Source: Thermoproteota archaeon
GTDB lineage: Archaea; Korarchaeota; Korarchaeia; Korarchaeales; Korarchaeaceae
Reading direction: 5' to 3'
Assembly: GCA_027491915.1 (NCBI GenBank)
Contig: JAOZGC010000004.1
Coordinates: 81,654 to 145,653, forward strand
Length of the DNA: 64,000 nucleotides
Shown: piece after piece, positions 9,547-19,054 of the stretch
How the letters are laid out: each line of letters starts with the position of its first letter
Position numbering within the stretch: position 1 is the first letter of the stretch
Position numbers and translations under genes: made by a program
The notes under the pieces: model-generated
What the model was told of the DNA's origin: nothing
The model's input: only the letters and a program-made list of their open reading frames with translations
Database searches by the model: none

Positions 9547-12288
9547 TCAATAAACCCTTTGCGCCCGGACCCGGCGGCGGGCGGGTGGAAGGGAGATCAC
9601 CTCGTCGGCCGACTGCTCGAACTCCCCCGTGTGCGACACCACTATCACCTGGGGCAGGTCCACCTCCCCGAGGAGCCCGACGAGCTCGGCCCTCCTGTCC
9701 TCGTCGAGGTGGATGGTGGGCTCGTCCAGCATCAACATCTCGATCCTCCCGCCGGACAGGGCGCGGGCCAGTCCCATCCTCAGGCTGAGGGCGACCGCGA
9801 CGGCCTCTCCCCCGCTCAGCTCCGCCAGGTCGTAGGATTCACCCCTCCTGATCAGTCGGATCTCCCAATCGTCGCTCAGGGTCAGCCCGTCGCACTCTAT
9901 CCCGAACTTCGAGAGGTACTCCCACGCGTGGGCCTCTACGATCGGCCTCACCCTCTCCCTCATGACCCTCTGAATCCCCTCCTTCCCGAAGGCCTGCTTG
10001 ACGCGCTCCAGAATAGAGATGAATCTCTCCAGCCTCTCCGACTCTTCCCTCGCCTTCTCAGCCCCTTCCAACTCCCTGAGGATCTCCCCCTCCTCCCTCC
10101 TCATCCTCCCCAACTCTCCCTCGAGCCGCGCCAACTCCCTCTCAGCCCCCTCCAACCTACGCTCCAGGTCCTCCTCCCTGCTCCGGAGGTAGGATTCCTC
10201 AGATTCGTCGTACCCGATCGATCTCATCTCTCCCTCGAGCTCAACTTCCCTCTCCCTCATCCTCTCGATGTCCTCCCCGATGATCTCCGCCTCCCTCTGG
10301 AGGGACCGATACTCCTCTAGGATCTCGGAGATCTTGTCCAGCCTCTCCCTCGCCTCCTGGGCCTCCCTGTAGGCCGCCTCCAGGTCCTCCGGAACTGCGC
10401 CCACCGCCCCCATTATCAGCCCGACGACCACGTCCCTCTCCCTCTCCAGCTTCTCCCTCTCCCTCTCCAGCCTCTCCCTCTCCATCCTCCTGCTCTCCCC
10501 CTCCTCTTCCATCTCCTCTACCCTTCTCCTCAGATAGTTCAACTCTACTTCCCTCTCCCGCAGCCTCTTCAGCTCCTCCTCTATCTCTGAGATGCGAGCT
10601 TCCATCCCGGACAACCTCTCCCTCTTAGATCCGAGCCGCGAGAGTCTCTCCCTGAGCTCCTCCACCTCGGACTCGACGGACGTCAAGTCGGCGATCCCGC
10701 TCTCGGCGCACGCCCTAACCACCCTCAGCAGGGTCTCCCTCCGCGCGCGCAGCTCCCCCATCCTCGCCACCGTGAGGGACAGCCTCTCCTCCAGGGAGGC
10801 AGCCTCCTCAGAGAGTTCCCTCCGCCTATCCTCATATTTCGATATCAACATCCTCCTCTTCTCATCCTCCAACTTGGAGCCGCACAGGGGGCACTTTCCC
10901 TCAGCCCCCTCAAGCGAGGAGATCCACCCGTCGATCCTCCCTATCTCGGCCCTCGCCTCTCCGATCCTCCTCTCCAGGTCGGATCTCTCCCCCTCCAAGA
11001 CGGCGATCTCCCTATCCGCGATTTCCAGGGCCTCGTTCACCTTCGACAGGGCCCCGTCCGGGGACCTCAGGGTTATCCCGCCTCCGGCCGCGGCCTCGGA
11101 GATCTCGACCCAGGCGGCCCGGAGCCTCTCGGCCCTCCCCTCCAGCTCCCTCAGCCTGGACCTGACCTCCGGCTCCCCGCTCAACTCCGCCCTCAGGGAA
11201 CCGACCTCCGACTCCAACCTCCCTTTCTCCTCCCTCAACGCCGAAATGGCCTCCCTCAAGCTCGCCTCCTCCATCAGCCTCCCTCTATATTCTCTTAGCC
11301 TATCCTCCCACCTATCCAACTCCCGCAGCCTGCCGTCCAGCGCCTCCTCCCTGATCCTGATCTCTCTGAGTCGCCTTATCGGCTCCGCCGCCTCGGCCAT
11401 CTTCCTGAGCTCGTCTCTCTCCTCCAAGTGTCCCGACAGCTCCCTCATCCTCCGCCTTATCTCCCTCAGCCGCTCCTCTCGAGATGACCGGTCCCTCCTC
11501 AACCTGTCCAGTGAGGTGGAAACCGCCTCGTGGGCCGATCGCCTGCCCTCCACCTCCCTGAGCCTCTCCCTCACCGAAATCAATTCCCCCCTCAGCTTGG
11601 ATATCTCTCCCCTGAGCTCCTCGGAGCGGGACTCTCCCTCCACGATCTCTCTCCTCAATCTGTCCAGCCTCTCCCTGAGCTCTGATGCTCTCTCTGCCCT
11701 GGCCGACGCCCTGGCCCTCCTCTCGCGATACCTGACCAGGGCCCCCTTGACCTCCCCCTCCAGGTGGGAGAACAGCTCGGAGCCGAGGAGCTTCGACACG
11801 ACCTCCTTCCTCCTGGCGGGCGTTTCGTTCAGGAACCCGAGCATCTCGCCCTGCCTCACGTAGACCGCGTCCACGAAGGCGGTGGGGCCGACGCCGAGGA
11901 TCCTCCGCATCTCCTCCGAGACGTCCCTCTGACCGAACTGGACCGGCCTGAACTCCCCCGACCCTCCCTCCCCCTCCTCCCACACCAGCAGCCTGGCCGA
12001 GGCCTGCCCGTCCCTGGTCCTCTCCCTGACGACCCTGTAGGTCCTCCCTCCCGCCTCGAACGTCAGGGAGACCCTCATCCTCTCGGCCCCCCTCCTTATG
12101 AGGGAGGCCATCCTGCCGGAGAAGAGCCCGGGGTATATCGCGTAGGCTATCCCGTCCAGCACGCCCGTCTTTCCGGATCCGTTAGGTCCCAGCAGCAGGA
12201 TTACGCCGTCCCCGAACTCCAGGGAGATCCTCTCGTGAGATCTGAAGTTTTCCATGGAGAGGCCCCTCACCCTCACCCTCTCACCCAC
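9547..12288 (-). CDS. rad50: DNA double-strand break repair ATPase Rad50
   Basis: ENFRSH, Walker A GPNGSGKT, Q-loop YVRQGE, long coiled coil with CPLC zinc hook, LSGGE signature, LDEPT. Confidence 0.95.
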   Translation of the reverse strand: MGERVRVRGLSMENFRSHERISLEFGDGVILLLGPNGSGKTGVLDGIAYAIYPGLFSGRMASLIRRGAERMRVSLTFEAGGRTYRVVRERTRDGQASARLLVWEEGEGGSGEFRPVQFGQRDVSEEMRRILGVGPTAFVDAVYVRQGEMLGFLNETPARRKEVVSKLLGSELFSHLEGEVKGALVRYRERRARASARAERASELRERLDRLRREIVEGESRSEELRGEISKLRGELISVRERLREVEGRRSAHEAVSTSLDRLRRDRSSREERLREIRRRMRELSGHLEERDELRKMAEAAEPIRRLREIRIREEALDGRLRELDRWEDRLREYRGRLMEEASLREAISALREEKGRLESEVGSLRAELSGEPEVRSRLRELEGRAERLRAAWVEISEAAAGGGITLRSPDGALSKVNEALEIADREIAVLEGERSDLERRIGEARAEIGRIDGWISSLEGAEGKCPLCGSKLEDEKRRMLISKYEDRRRELSEEAASLEERLSLTVARMGELRARRETLLRVVRACAESGIADLTSVESEVEELRERLSRLGSKRERLSGMEARISEIEEELKRLREREVELNYLRRRVEEMEEEGESRRMERERLEREREKLERERDVVVGLIMGAVGAVPEDLEAAYREAQEARERLDKISEILEEYRSLQREAEIIGEDIERMREREVELEGEMRSIGYDESEESYLRSREEDLERRLEGAERELARLEGELGRMRREEGEILRELEGAEKAREESERLERFISILERVKQAFGKEGIQRVMRERVRPIVEAHAWEYLSKFGIECDGLTLSDDWEIRLIRRGESYDLAELSGGEAVAVALSLRMGLARALSGGRIEMLMLDEPTIHLDEDRRAELVGLLGEVDLPQVIVVSHTGEFEQSADEVISLPPARRRVRAQRVY

Positions 12289-13469
12289 CTCGCGAACCAG
12301 CGATCTATCTCCTCCTGGATCTCCCCTCCCCTCTTTCCCTCGGAGGCCAGCCTGTAAATCTCCTTGGCCAGGGATGCCGCGTCTCCTTCGAGCATCTCCT
12401 CGAGGATCTCCTCCGGAGATACGGAGGAGACGGCCTCCCCGACAGTCCTCCCCCCGACGCCCTCCGCGGTCACGTGGATCCTCAGGACCCTGTCCCCCAA
12501 TTCGTCGCCCAGTTTCCTCTCGAACCTCCTGAGCTCCTCGGGCGAGCCCCTGAACCTGAGCCTTATCCTGACCATCGGCCTCTTGCTGCCGCCGGCGGCG
12601 TCCAGTTCTGATAGCACCCTCTCTCGGATCCGCTCCAGATCCCCCTCGGATTCCGCGTCATCTCTCACCAACACGAACGGCCTGACGGACCTCAGATCCC
12701 ACTTCTCCATTCTGATCTCCCCCCCCTCTTCCATCTCAACCGAGAAGAAACCCTTCCCGTTCACCTTGGCGCGGGGGATCTCCCTCTCCTCCACTATCTC
12801 GGTCGATCCGGCGTACACCACGGGCCCCCTCAGCACCTCCCCCGCTGGGATCGTCCTGTCGTGGACGTGACCCAGGGCGACGTAGTCGAACCCCAGGGCC
12901 GCCACGTCCCTGCGCCTCAGCTCAGCCCTGAAACGGGGCACGGCCGGCTCTACCGCCTGGTGGAGCACCAGCACGGATCTCCCGCCGCGCCTCCTCCTCT
13001 CCCCGCCCAGGGCCCTCAGCGCCCTCCTCAGGTCCGGCGCCTCCTGCCTCGGGGTGTAAGGGAGGCCCGCGATCAGGACGTCCCCCTCCTCCATCAGGGG
13101 CCTGTGATACCCGAGGTCCACGAACCACCCGTCCAGGGCGGCGGCCAGGAGCGGGAGCTGGGATCCCCTGCCGCCCCCCGGTCTGGGCCCGAGGTCGTGA
13201 TTTCCCGCGACGCAGTAGACCCTGATGCCGGCCTCCGCCAGCCTCCTCAGCCCCTGGAAGGCAACGAGCATGACGTGGGGATACGGCCTGTGAGAATCGA
13301 ACAGGTCGCCCGAGTGGACGACGAAGTCCGGTCTTATCTCCAGGGTCTTCTCGACGAACTCCTGGAACGCCTCGGCGAAATCCGCCTCCCTCTCGATCAG
13401 ACCGTACTGCCTCCTCCCAAGGTGGTTGTCGGCGACGTGGACGAACCTGGCCAGGGTCACCGCGATCAC
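12273..13469 (-). CDS. mre11: DNA double-strand break repair nuclease Mre11
   Basis: HVADNHLG, GDLFD, GNHD, HQ, ALGHVH, YAGS motifs; GTG start overlaps herA stop. Confidence 0.95.
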   Translation of the reverse strand: MIAVTLARFVHVADNHLGRRQYGLIEREADFAEAFQEFVEKTLEIRPDFVVHSGDLFDSHRPYPHVMLVAFQGLRRLAEAGIRVYCVAGNHDLGPRPGGGRGSQLPLLAAALDGWFVDLGYHRPLMEEGDVLIAGLPYTPRQEAPDLRRALRALGGERRRRGGRSVLVLHQAVEPAVPRFRAELRRRDVAALGFDYVALGHVHDRTIPAGEVLRGPVVYAGSTEIVEEREIPRAKVNGKGFFSVEMEEGGEIRMEKWDLRSVRPFVLVRDDAESEGDLERIRERVLSELDAAGGSKRPMVRIRLRFRGSPEELRRFERKLGDELGDRVLRIHVTAEGVGGRTVGEAVSSVSPEEILEEMLEGDAASLAKEIYRLASEGKRGGEIQEEIDRWFARWVRG

Positions 13470-15100
13470 CTCACGACCGACCCGTACCCCCTCCGGGGCC
13501 ACCCTTCCCCAGCGCCCCCACTCCTCCCCCTCTCCCACATGTCGACGGCCCTGGGGGTCGCTCCTCCCCTCTTCCCGCGGAACTCGTCGACCCTGACCAT
13601 GGCCGGCACCCTCACCATGGGGCCCACCACCACGGCCTCCCCCACGTTCAGCGACGGGAGGTAGGAGACCAGGTCCTCACTCAGGAACTCCGTCGCCCGC
13701 CTGACGTAGCTCTGATCGTCCGGCTCAACTATCCTGAGTATCACCTTGTTGACCATCTGGGACAGGACGTCCTGATCCAATCTCTTCGGCCTCTGACTCA
13801 CGAGGCACAGCCCGACGCCGAATTTCCTACCCTCCCTGGCTATCCTCGAGGCCGCGAACCCGGTGTACGTTCCCCCCGCCCTAGGCACCAGGAGGTGGGC
13901 CTCCTCGAGGAAGAGCATGGCGGGTAGGGGGAGCTCCCCCCCATCCCTCCCGCCGGCGACGGCGGCCCTGGCCCTGGAGAGGAGCCTCATCATCGAGTGG
14001 CCGACCAAGACGTCTGCGGCGTCCAGACCAAGCGATCCCAGGTCCACCACCACGGCCCTGCCGTAGTCTATGAGGTCCGCCAGGTCGGCGACCTGGGTAA
14101 CGAGGATCCTTCCGTACGCGTCTCTGATCCGCTCCATCCTCGCTATCAGCCCGTAGACGCTGGACTTGGCGTCCCTGTCTACCGCGACGTCGACCCCGGG
14201 GAAGCTGGCCAGCCTCCTCCCCTCCGCGGCGGCCTCCGCCACCCCGTAGAGCATGGAGAGCATCCCGTCCAGCACGCTGTCCGGATTGGCCCCGTCTATC
14301 CCGGAGTCCGCCACGACCTCCGCCAGGCGGCCCTCCCCCCTGAGCTTCCTGGCCCCCTTCCACACCCTGGAGAGGTATATGTACTGTCTCGGGGCCGTGT
14401 CGTACGAGATCCCGAGGAGCTGGGCGATCTCACCCAGGCTGAGTAGGTTGACGTTTATCACCGGGTCCACCCGGAGGACCTCCCCGGACCCCGTGAGCTC
14501 CAGGTCCCCGTACTCGGAGTGCAGGTCGAATATCGCGACCACACCTCCCAGGTCCAGCAGCCTGTCGACCAGCACCGCCACGGTGTTGGACTTGCCCGCT
14601 CCCGTGACCGCCAGTATCGCCAGGTGCCTCGAGACCAACTCGTTTGGGTCCAGGCTGACCCTCACATCGTCCCTGGTGAGCAGCCTCCCTATCTCCACCC
14701 CCCGGCCGTGGTCCGGCACGAAGAGGGAACGCAGCGCCTCCCTGGGCGCCCTGAACACCCCGGCCCCCGACGGCGGGGGGACCCTTGGGAGGCTCAACCT
14801 GATCCCTCCTCCCCCCTCCTCGACGACTCCCAAGAGCTTCACCGTGGCCCTGGACCACTCCCTGGGCTCGCCCACCAACCTGATTATCTTGTCCGCGTCG
14901 TCCGCCGACACTATGTCCCGGCCGGTGAGCTCCCTGCTCCCCCTCTCCACGTGGGTTATCATGCCCAGGACCCACCTGCCCTCCCCGAGGGCCACCGAGA
15001 CGTAGTCCCCTATCATCGGGAAGACCCCCTCGGCCGCGACGAACTCCACCCGGTACGGGGTGGTCACCTCCACCACCGTGCCCAGCCTCTCCGCGATCAC
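13466..15100 (-). CDS. herA: Bipolar DNA helicase HerA
   Basis: HAS barrel, RHLAILAVTGAGKS, FDLHSEY, LEEAH, IAREGRKFG, SQRP. Confidence 0.95.
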   Translation of the reverse strand: MIAERLGTVVEVTTPYRVEFVAAEGVFPMIGDYVSVALGEGRWVLGMITHVERGSRELTGRDIVSADDADKIIRLVGEPREWSRATVKLLGVVEEGGGGIRLSLPRVPPPSGAGVFRAPREALRSLFVPDHGRGVEIGRLLTRDDVRVSLDPNELVSRHLAILAVTGAGKSNTVAVLVDRLLDLGGVVAIFDLHSEYGDLELTGSGEVLRVDPVINVNLLSLGEIAQLLGISYDTAPRQYIYLSRVWKGARKLRGEGRLAEVVADSGIDGANPDSVLDGMLSMLYGVAEAAAEGRRLASFPGVDVAVDRDAKSSVYGLIARMERIRDAYGRILVTQVADLADLIDYGRAVVVDLGSLGLDAADVLVGHSMMRLLSRARAAVAGGRDGGELPLPAMLFLEEAHLLVPRAGGTYTGFAASRIAREGRKFGVGLCLVSQRPKRLDQDVLSQMVNKVILRIVEPDDQSYVRRATEFLSEDLVSYLPSLNVGEAVVVGPMVRVPAMVRVDEFRGKRGGATPRAVDMWERGRSGGAGEGWPRRGYGSVVR

Positions 15101-16284
15101 TCCCCCAACGCCTCCCTCCCGGTGGAATCGGGCAGCAGGTCCAGAACCGATATCACGGCCCTGACGTGATCCCTGGTCACCTTGGCCAGCTCGTGGGCCC
15201 TCCTCAGCGGGTAGGGGTAGCCAGAGACGGAAACCCCGTCCAGGACGGCCAGAACATCCTCCAGGTCTGGCCCGCCGCCGTCCGAGAGGACCTCCAGCTT
15301 CACCGGGGTGATCCCCCTGGAGAACCTGACGTAGGTCACCGTCAGCTCGAGGTTCGCCGGCAGCCTGAGACCCACCCCCCTGGCCACCTCCTCCATGCTA
15401 GGGTGGACGGACAGCGGGAAGCTCCTCGGCTCCGTGTACCCCTCGCCCCTGGTCAGCCAGTGGACTAGGGTCAGGTCCGGAATCCCGGCGCCGGCCAGGA
15501 TCCTGGAGGACGACGTCTTCGACACGCCCACCATGGTGGATCCCGTCTCCAGGGCCTCCCCTATCATCTTCAGGACCGAGGCACCCTGCTCCAACCTCTC
15601 GACCATGGAGATGGCCAGGGAAGTCCTCCTGTCCCCCAGAAGCCCGCCGCCCTCGGCCAGTTCGATCAGGTCTCCCGCTATGGCCAACTTCTCTTCCTCG
15701 GCCCCCGGATCAGCGGTGATCACCTCCAGGGATTCCAGACACCTTTTCTTGGAGCACAGATCCAAGAAATTCTTCACTATCCTTTCCCTGGCGCGCTCCG
15801 GCAGCTCCTCCCTTCTGACCGGGACCGCCGCGTAGAAGAGGGGCTCGTGGGATAGCAGGACGTCTATCGACCCGTCCAGCAGGACCACGTCCGGCCTGAG
15901 GCTCCTGATCAGGAAGTATGTGGTCTTCGCCTCCAGGGTCTCCCTGTATATCCTGATCCTGTCCTCGGCCTTGAACAGGTCCACCACGCCCACCTGATAA
16001 GTCCTGTGCTCGACGAACTTCTCCCCTGAGAAGGCCCCCGCCCCGCTCAGGACGAAGATCTTCTGACCCAGACCTACCTGTACGGAGTTGCTGCTCCCGT
16101 CCACGGCCAGTATCCCCCCTCCACCGAGATCGCCGCGGGACGGGATGCCACTCCTCCAGGCTGAGGCGATCCCACCGCCTATCTCCGCGGGGACGAGGTT
16201 CCTTATGTACGGCCTGATCTTGAGGGCCGCCTCCCTCACGTCCTCCACCGCTGGGAGGACCCTCTCCGGAAGCATCCCTCCCAT
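15097..16284 (-). CDS. nurA: 5'-3' nuclease NurA
   Basis: AVDGS, LLDGS, GVSKTS, GYPYPLRRAHELAKV; overlaps herA start. Confidence 0.9.
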   Translation of the reverse strand: MGGMLPERVLPAVEDVREAALKIRPYIRNLVPAEIGGGIASAWRSGIPSRGDLGGGGILAVDGSSNSVQVGLGQKIFVLSGAGAFSGEKFVEHRTYQVGVVDLFKAEDRIRIYRETLEAKTTYFLIRSLRPDVVLLDGSIDVLLSHEPLFYAAVPVRREELPERARERIVKNFLDLCSKKRCLESLEVITADPGAEEEKLAIAGDLIELAEGGGLLGDRRTSLAISMVERLEQGASVLKMIGEALETGSTMVGVSKTSSSRILAGAGIPDLTLVHWLTRGEGYTEPRSFPLSVHPSMEEVARGVGLRLPANLELTVTYVRFSRGITPVKLEVLSDGGGPDLEDVLAVLDGVSVSGYPYPLRRAHELAKVTRDHVRAVISVLDLLPDSTGREALGE

Positions 16285-16335
16285 CCCGCCCGGCGAAATT
16301 TAAGGGGTTGCGGGACCTCCGGCGGTCGATCGGAG

Positions 16336-17721
16336 TTGGACGAGAGGATAGGCGCCTTCTTCCGGCCGAGGTCTGTGGCGGTCGTGGGAGCCTCCTCAAA
16401 CCCGGAGAAGCTCGGCGGGGTGATCCTGAGGCAGCTGGCCTCCGGGTTCAAGGGCGAGGTTTACGCGGTAAACCCGAGGTACGATCGCATAGACGGGATT
16501 CCCTGCTATCGGAGCGTGGGAGACATCCCAGGGAGGGTTGACCTCGCGGTGATCGCGGTCAGAGCCGAGCTCACGCCCCGACTGGTGGAGGAGTGCGGCG
16601 AGGCGGGGGTCATGGGCGCCATAGTGATAGCCGGGGGATTCTCCGAGGTCGGCAGGAGGGACTTGGAGGAGGAGCTCGCCGCCTCTGCCCGGCGATCTGG
16701 GGTCAGGCTCCTGGGGCCGAACTGCATGGGGGTCTACGCCCCGTCCACCGGCCTGGACACCCTCTTCACGCCCTCTAACCTCCTCCCGAGACCGGCCAGC
16801 GGCAACGTGGCCGTCCTAACTCAGAGCGGGAGCTTCGGCGGTATCGCCATGGCCATGATGGCCAGGGAGGGGATCGGGATGTCCTACTTCGTCAGCTACG
16901 GGAACAGGGCCGACGTGGACGAGGCCGACCTGATAGACTACCTGGCGGTGGACCCGGAGACCAGGGTGATTGCCGTCTACCTGGAGGGCCTGGCCGACGG
17001 CCGGAGGTTCATGGAGTCGGTGGCCAGGGTGGGCTCCGAGAAACCCGTCCTGGTCTTCAAGGCCGGGACCACCGAGGCCGGCCGCAGGGCCGCGGCCAGC
17101 CACACCGGGTCGCTGGCCGGCTCTGACCTGGTCTACGAGGGGGCGCTGAGGCAGGTGGGGGCCATCAGGGCCAGGACCACGGAGGAGTTCCTGGACCTGG
17201 GCAAGGCCCTCTCCACCCAGCCGCCGTCCCACGGCCCGAACGTCGGCGTAATAACGAACGGCGGGGGGTACGGGGTCGTGGCGGTGGATTCCCTCGTCAG
17301 GGCTGGTCTGAGGGTTCCCCCCGTCGGGGGAGAGCTCAGGGCCAGGCTGTCCCGGGAGCTCCCCCCATTCTATCCGATCGGGAATCCCATAGACCTGACG
17401 GGGAACTCGACCGCCGACCAGTACGAGAGGGCCGTGAGAGCCTTCATGGAGGACGAGCTGTACCACGCCCTGATGGTGATCCCCCTCTTCTCGGTTCCCG
17501 CCCTGGACCCGCGCGAGACCGTCGACGTCCTCCTGTCGGCGTCCGAGGACTACCGAAAGCCCATGGTGGTCGTGTCGGTCGACGTCACGGCCGAGGTTTC
17601 GAGCCAGCTCGGCCGCCTGGAGAGGGGAGGGATACCGGTCTACGGGACCCCGGAGAGGGCGGCCGTCGCCCTGGCCGCCCTGCACCGGAGGGCCCGCGCC
17701 TCTAGGCCGTGGCCGCCGTGA
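16336..17721 (+). CDS. acdA: Acetate/acyl-CoA synthetase (ADP-forming), alpha subunit
   Basis: PRSVAVVGAS, GPNCMG, QSG, YGNRAD, ASHTGSLAG phospho-His, NPIDLTG. Confidence 0.9.
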   Translation: MDERIGAFFRPRSVAVVGASSNPEKLGGVILRQLASGFKGEVYAVNPRYDRIDGIPCYRSVGDIPGRVDLAVIAVRAELTPRLVEECGEAGVMGAIVIAGGFSEVGRRDLEEELAASARRSGVRLLGPNCMGVYAPSTGLDTLFTPSNLLPRPASGNVAVLTQSGSFGGIAMAMMAREGIGMSYFVSYGNRADVDEADLIDYLAVDPETRVIAVYLEGLADGRRFMESVARVGSEKPVLVFKAGTTEAGRRAAASHTGSLAGSDLVYEGALRQVGAIRARTTEEFLDLGKALSTQPPSHGPNVGVITNGGGYGVVAVDSLVRAGLRVPPVGGELRARLSRELPPFYPIGNPIDLTGNSTADQYERAVRAFMEDELYHALMVIPLFSVPALDPRETVDVLLSASEDYRKPMVVVSVDVTAEVSSQLGRLERGGIPVYGTPERAAVALAALHRRARASRPWPP

Positions 17722-19054
17722 ATCCCACTTCCCCCACGGCCATCATGGGGGTCGTCACCGACGGCCCCCACTCCGTCCACCAGTGCACGACCTGCCTCGA
17801 CTCCCTGGTGAGTCCCCGAACCGATTCCAACATCCGCAGGACGTTGTCGCTGAGCCTCAGCCCGCGGACGGCGGCGATGGGCTCTCCCCCCCTTATCAGG
17901 AACACCCCATCCCTTATCACCGCGGAGAAGTCGCCGGACAGGTAGTTCTGGAAGCGGAGGTAGGTGACGTTCTTCACCAGCAGGCCTCCCTCGGCCTCCT
18001 CCAGCAGCTCGTCCTCGGAGAGGTCCCCGGGGTCGAGGGTCAGGTGCCAGGCCCTGGGGAAGACCCAGCCGGCGTTCCCGGTGGACCTGGTCCCGAACAT
18101 CCTCGCCGTTATCCTGTTGTGCAGGTAGGTCTTCAGCACCCCCTCCTCGAATATGACGTTCCTCCTGGTGGGGTACCCCTCCAGATCGAAGGACCTGGCC
18201 CCGTAGTTCCCGTCGCCGACCGGGTCGTCCGCCAGGTTGACCAGGTCGCTCCCCACCTTGGTCCCTAGCCTGTCGGCGTAGGGGGACATCTGGCTGACCA
18301 CCCTCATCGCGGACGCCATGGATCCGAACACCCCGAGCAGGGTCGCCATTGCGCTCCACCCGAACACGGCGCCGCGCCTCCCGGGGCCCACCTTCTCCAC
18401 CCCCTTGGACGACAGAAGGGCGTCCTCCCCGGCCTCCTCACCGACCCTCTCCGGATCTATCCCGTCCAGACTCCTGGAGCACGTCGCGCCGTGCCCGGTC
18501 GACTGAGGGTCGACGAAGGCCCTGGCCTCGAGCTGAATCCTGGTCTCCCTCTCGCACACCCTGACCCCGCCGGTGGTCAGCAGACACTCGTGTCCGGCCT
18601 CGGCCATCAGGGACCCCGCCACCCTCTTGGCCCCCGCCCTGCGGGCCGATCCAATGGCCGTCTCGACGGCCTCGACGAGGGCCGATCCTGGGTCCTCCAA
18701 CTTCGGATCGTAGAGCCCTCCTATGTTGGGGTAATCGAAGGGGCCGTCCGGCAGGGGCGCGTAGACCCGCCTCTCGGGCAGCCTCTCGAGCCTCTCCACC
18801 GCGGCCCTCAGGAAGGACCTGAGTCCCCCCTCCCTCAGGTCGCTCGTCTCGAGCACCGTCACCCTCCTCCCCTTGACCACCTGTAGGGTCATGCTCGTCT
18901 CCATCCACGTCTTGACCACGTCTATCTCGTTGTTCGAGTACCTGACCTGCCTCCTCCTGCCGGAGGTCACCAGGACCGCGGCCTCCTCGACGCCCAGGGA
19001 TTCCAGGATGTCCAGGGCCTGCTCGGCCACCGCCTCGCTTCTCTCGTGGAACAC
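17702..19054 (-). CDS. TldE/PmbA family protein
   Basis: RYSNNEI, SFDLEGYPT, STGNA, GDFS motifs; directly downstream of tldD. Confidence 0.85.
   Translation of the reverse strand: MFHERSEAVAEQALDILESLGVEEAAVLVTSGRRRQVRYSNNEIDVVKTWMETSMTLQVVKGRRVTVLETSDLREGGLRSFLRAAVERLERLPERRVYAPLPDGPFDYPNIGGLYDPKLEDPGSALVEAVETAIGSARRAGAKRVAGSLMAEAGHECLLTTGGVRVCERETRIQLEARAFVDPQSTGHGATCSRSLDGIDPERVGEEAGEDALLSSKGVEKVGPGRRGAVFGWSAMATLLGVFGSMASAMRVVSQMSPYADRLGTKVGSDLVNLADDPVGDGNYGARSFDLEGYPTRRNVIFEEGVLKTYLHNRITARMFGTRSTGNAGWVFPRAWHLTLDPGDLSEDELLEEAEGGLLVKNVTYLRFQNYLSGDFSAVIRDGVFLIRGGEPIAAVRGLRLSDNVLRMLESVRGLTRESRQVVHWWTEWGPSVTTPMMAVGEVGFTAATA

Noticed and set aside
10380-10570. Repetitive CTCTCC-rich stretch
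   Set aside because: Encodes ERE/REK coiled-coil residues of Rad50; not a tandem repeat or CRISPR array.
10592-11863. 423-aa Ser/Leu-rich plus-strand ORF
   Set aside because: Antisense shadow of the Glu/Arg-rich Rad50 coiled coil; no independent motifs.
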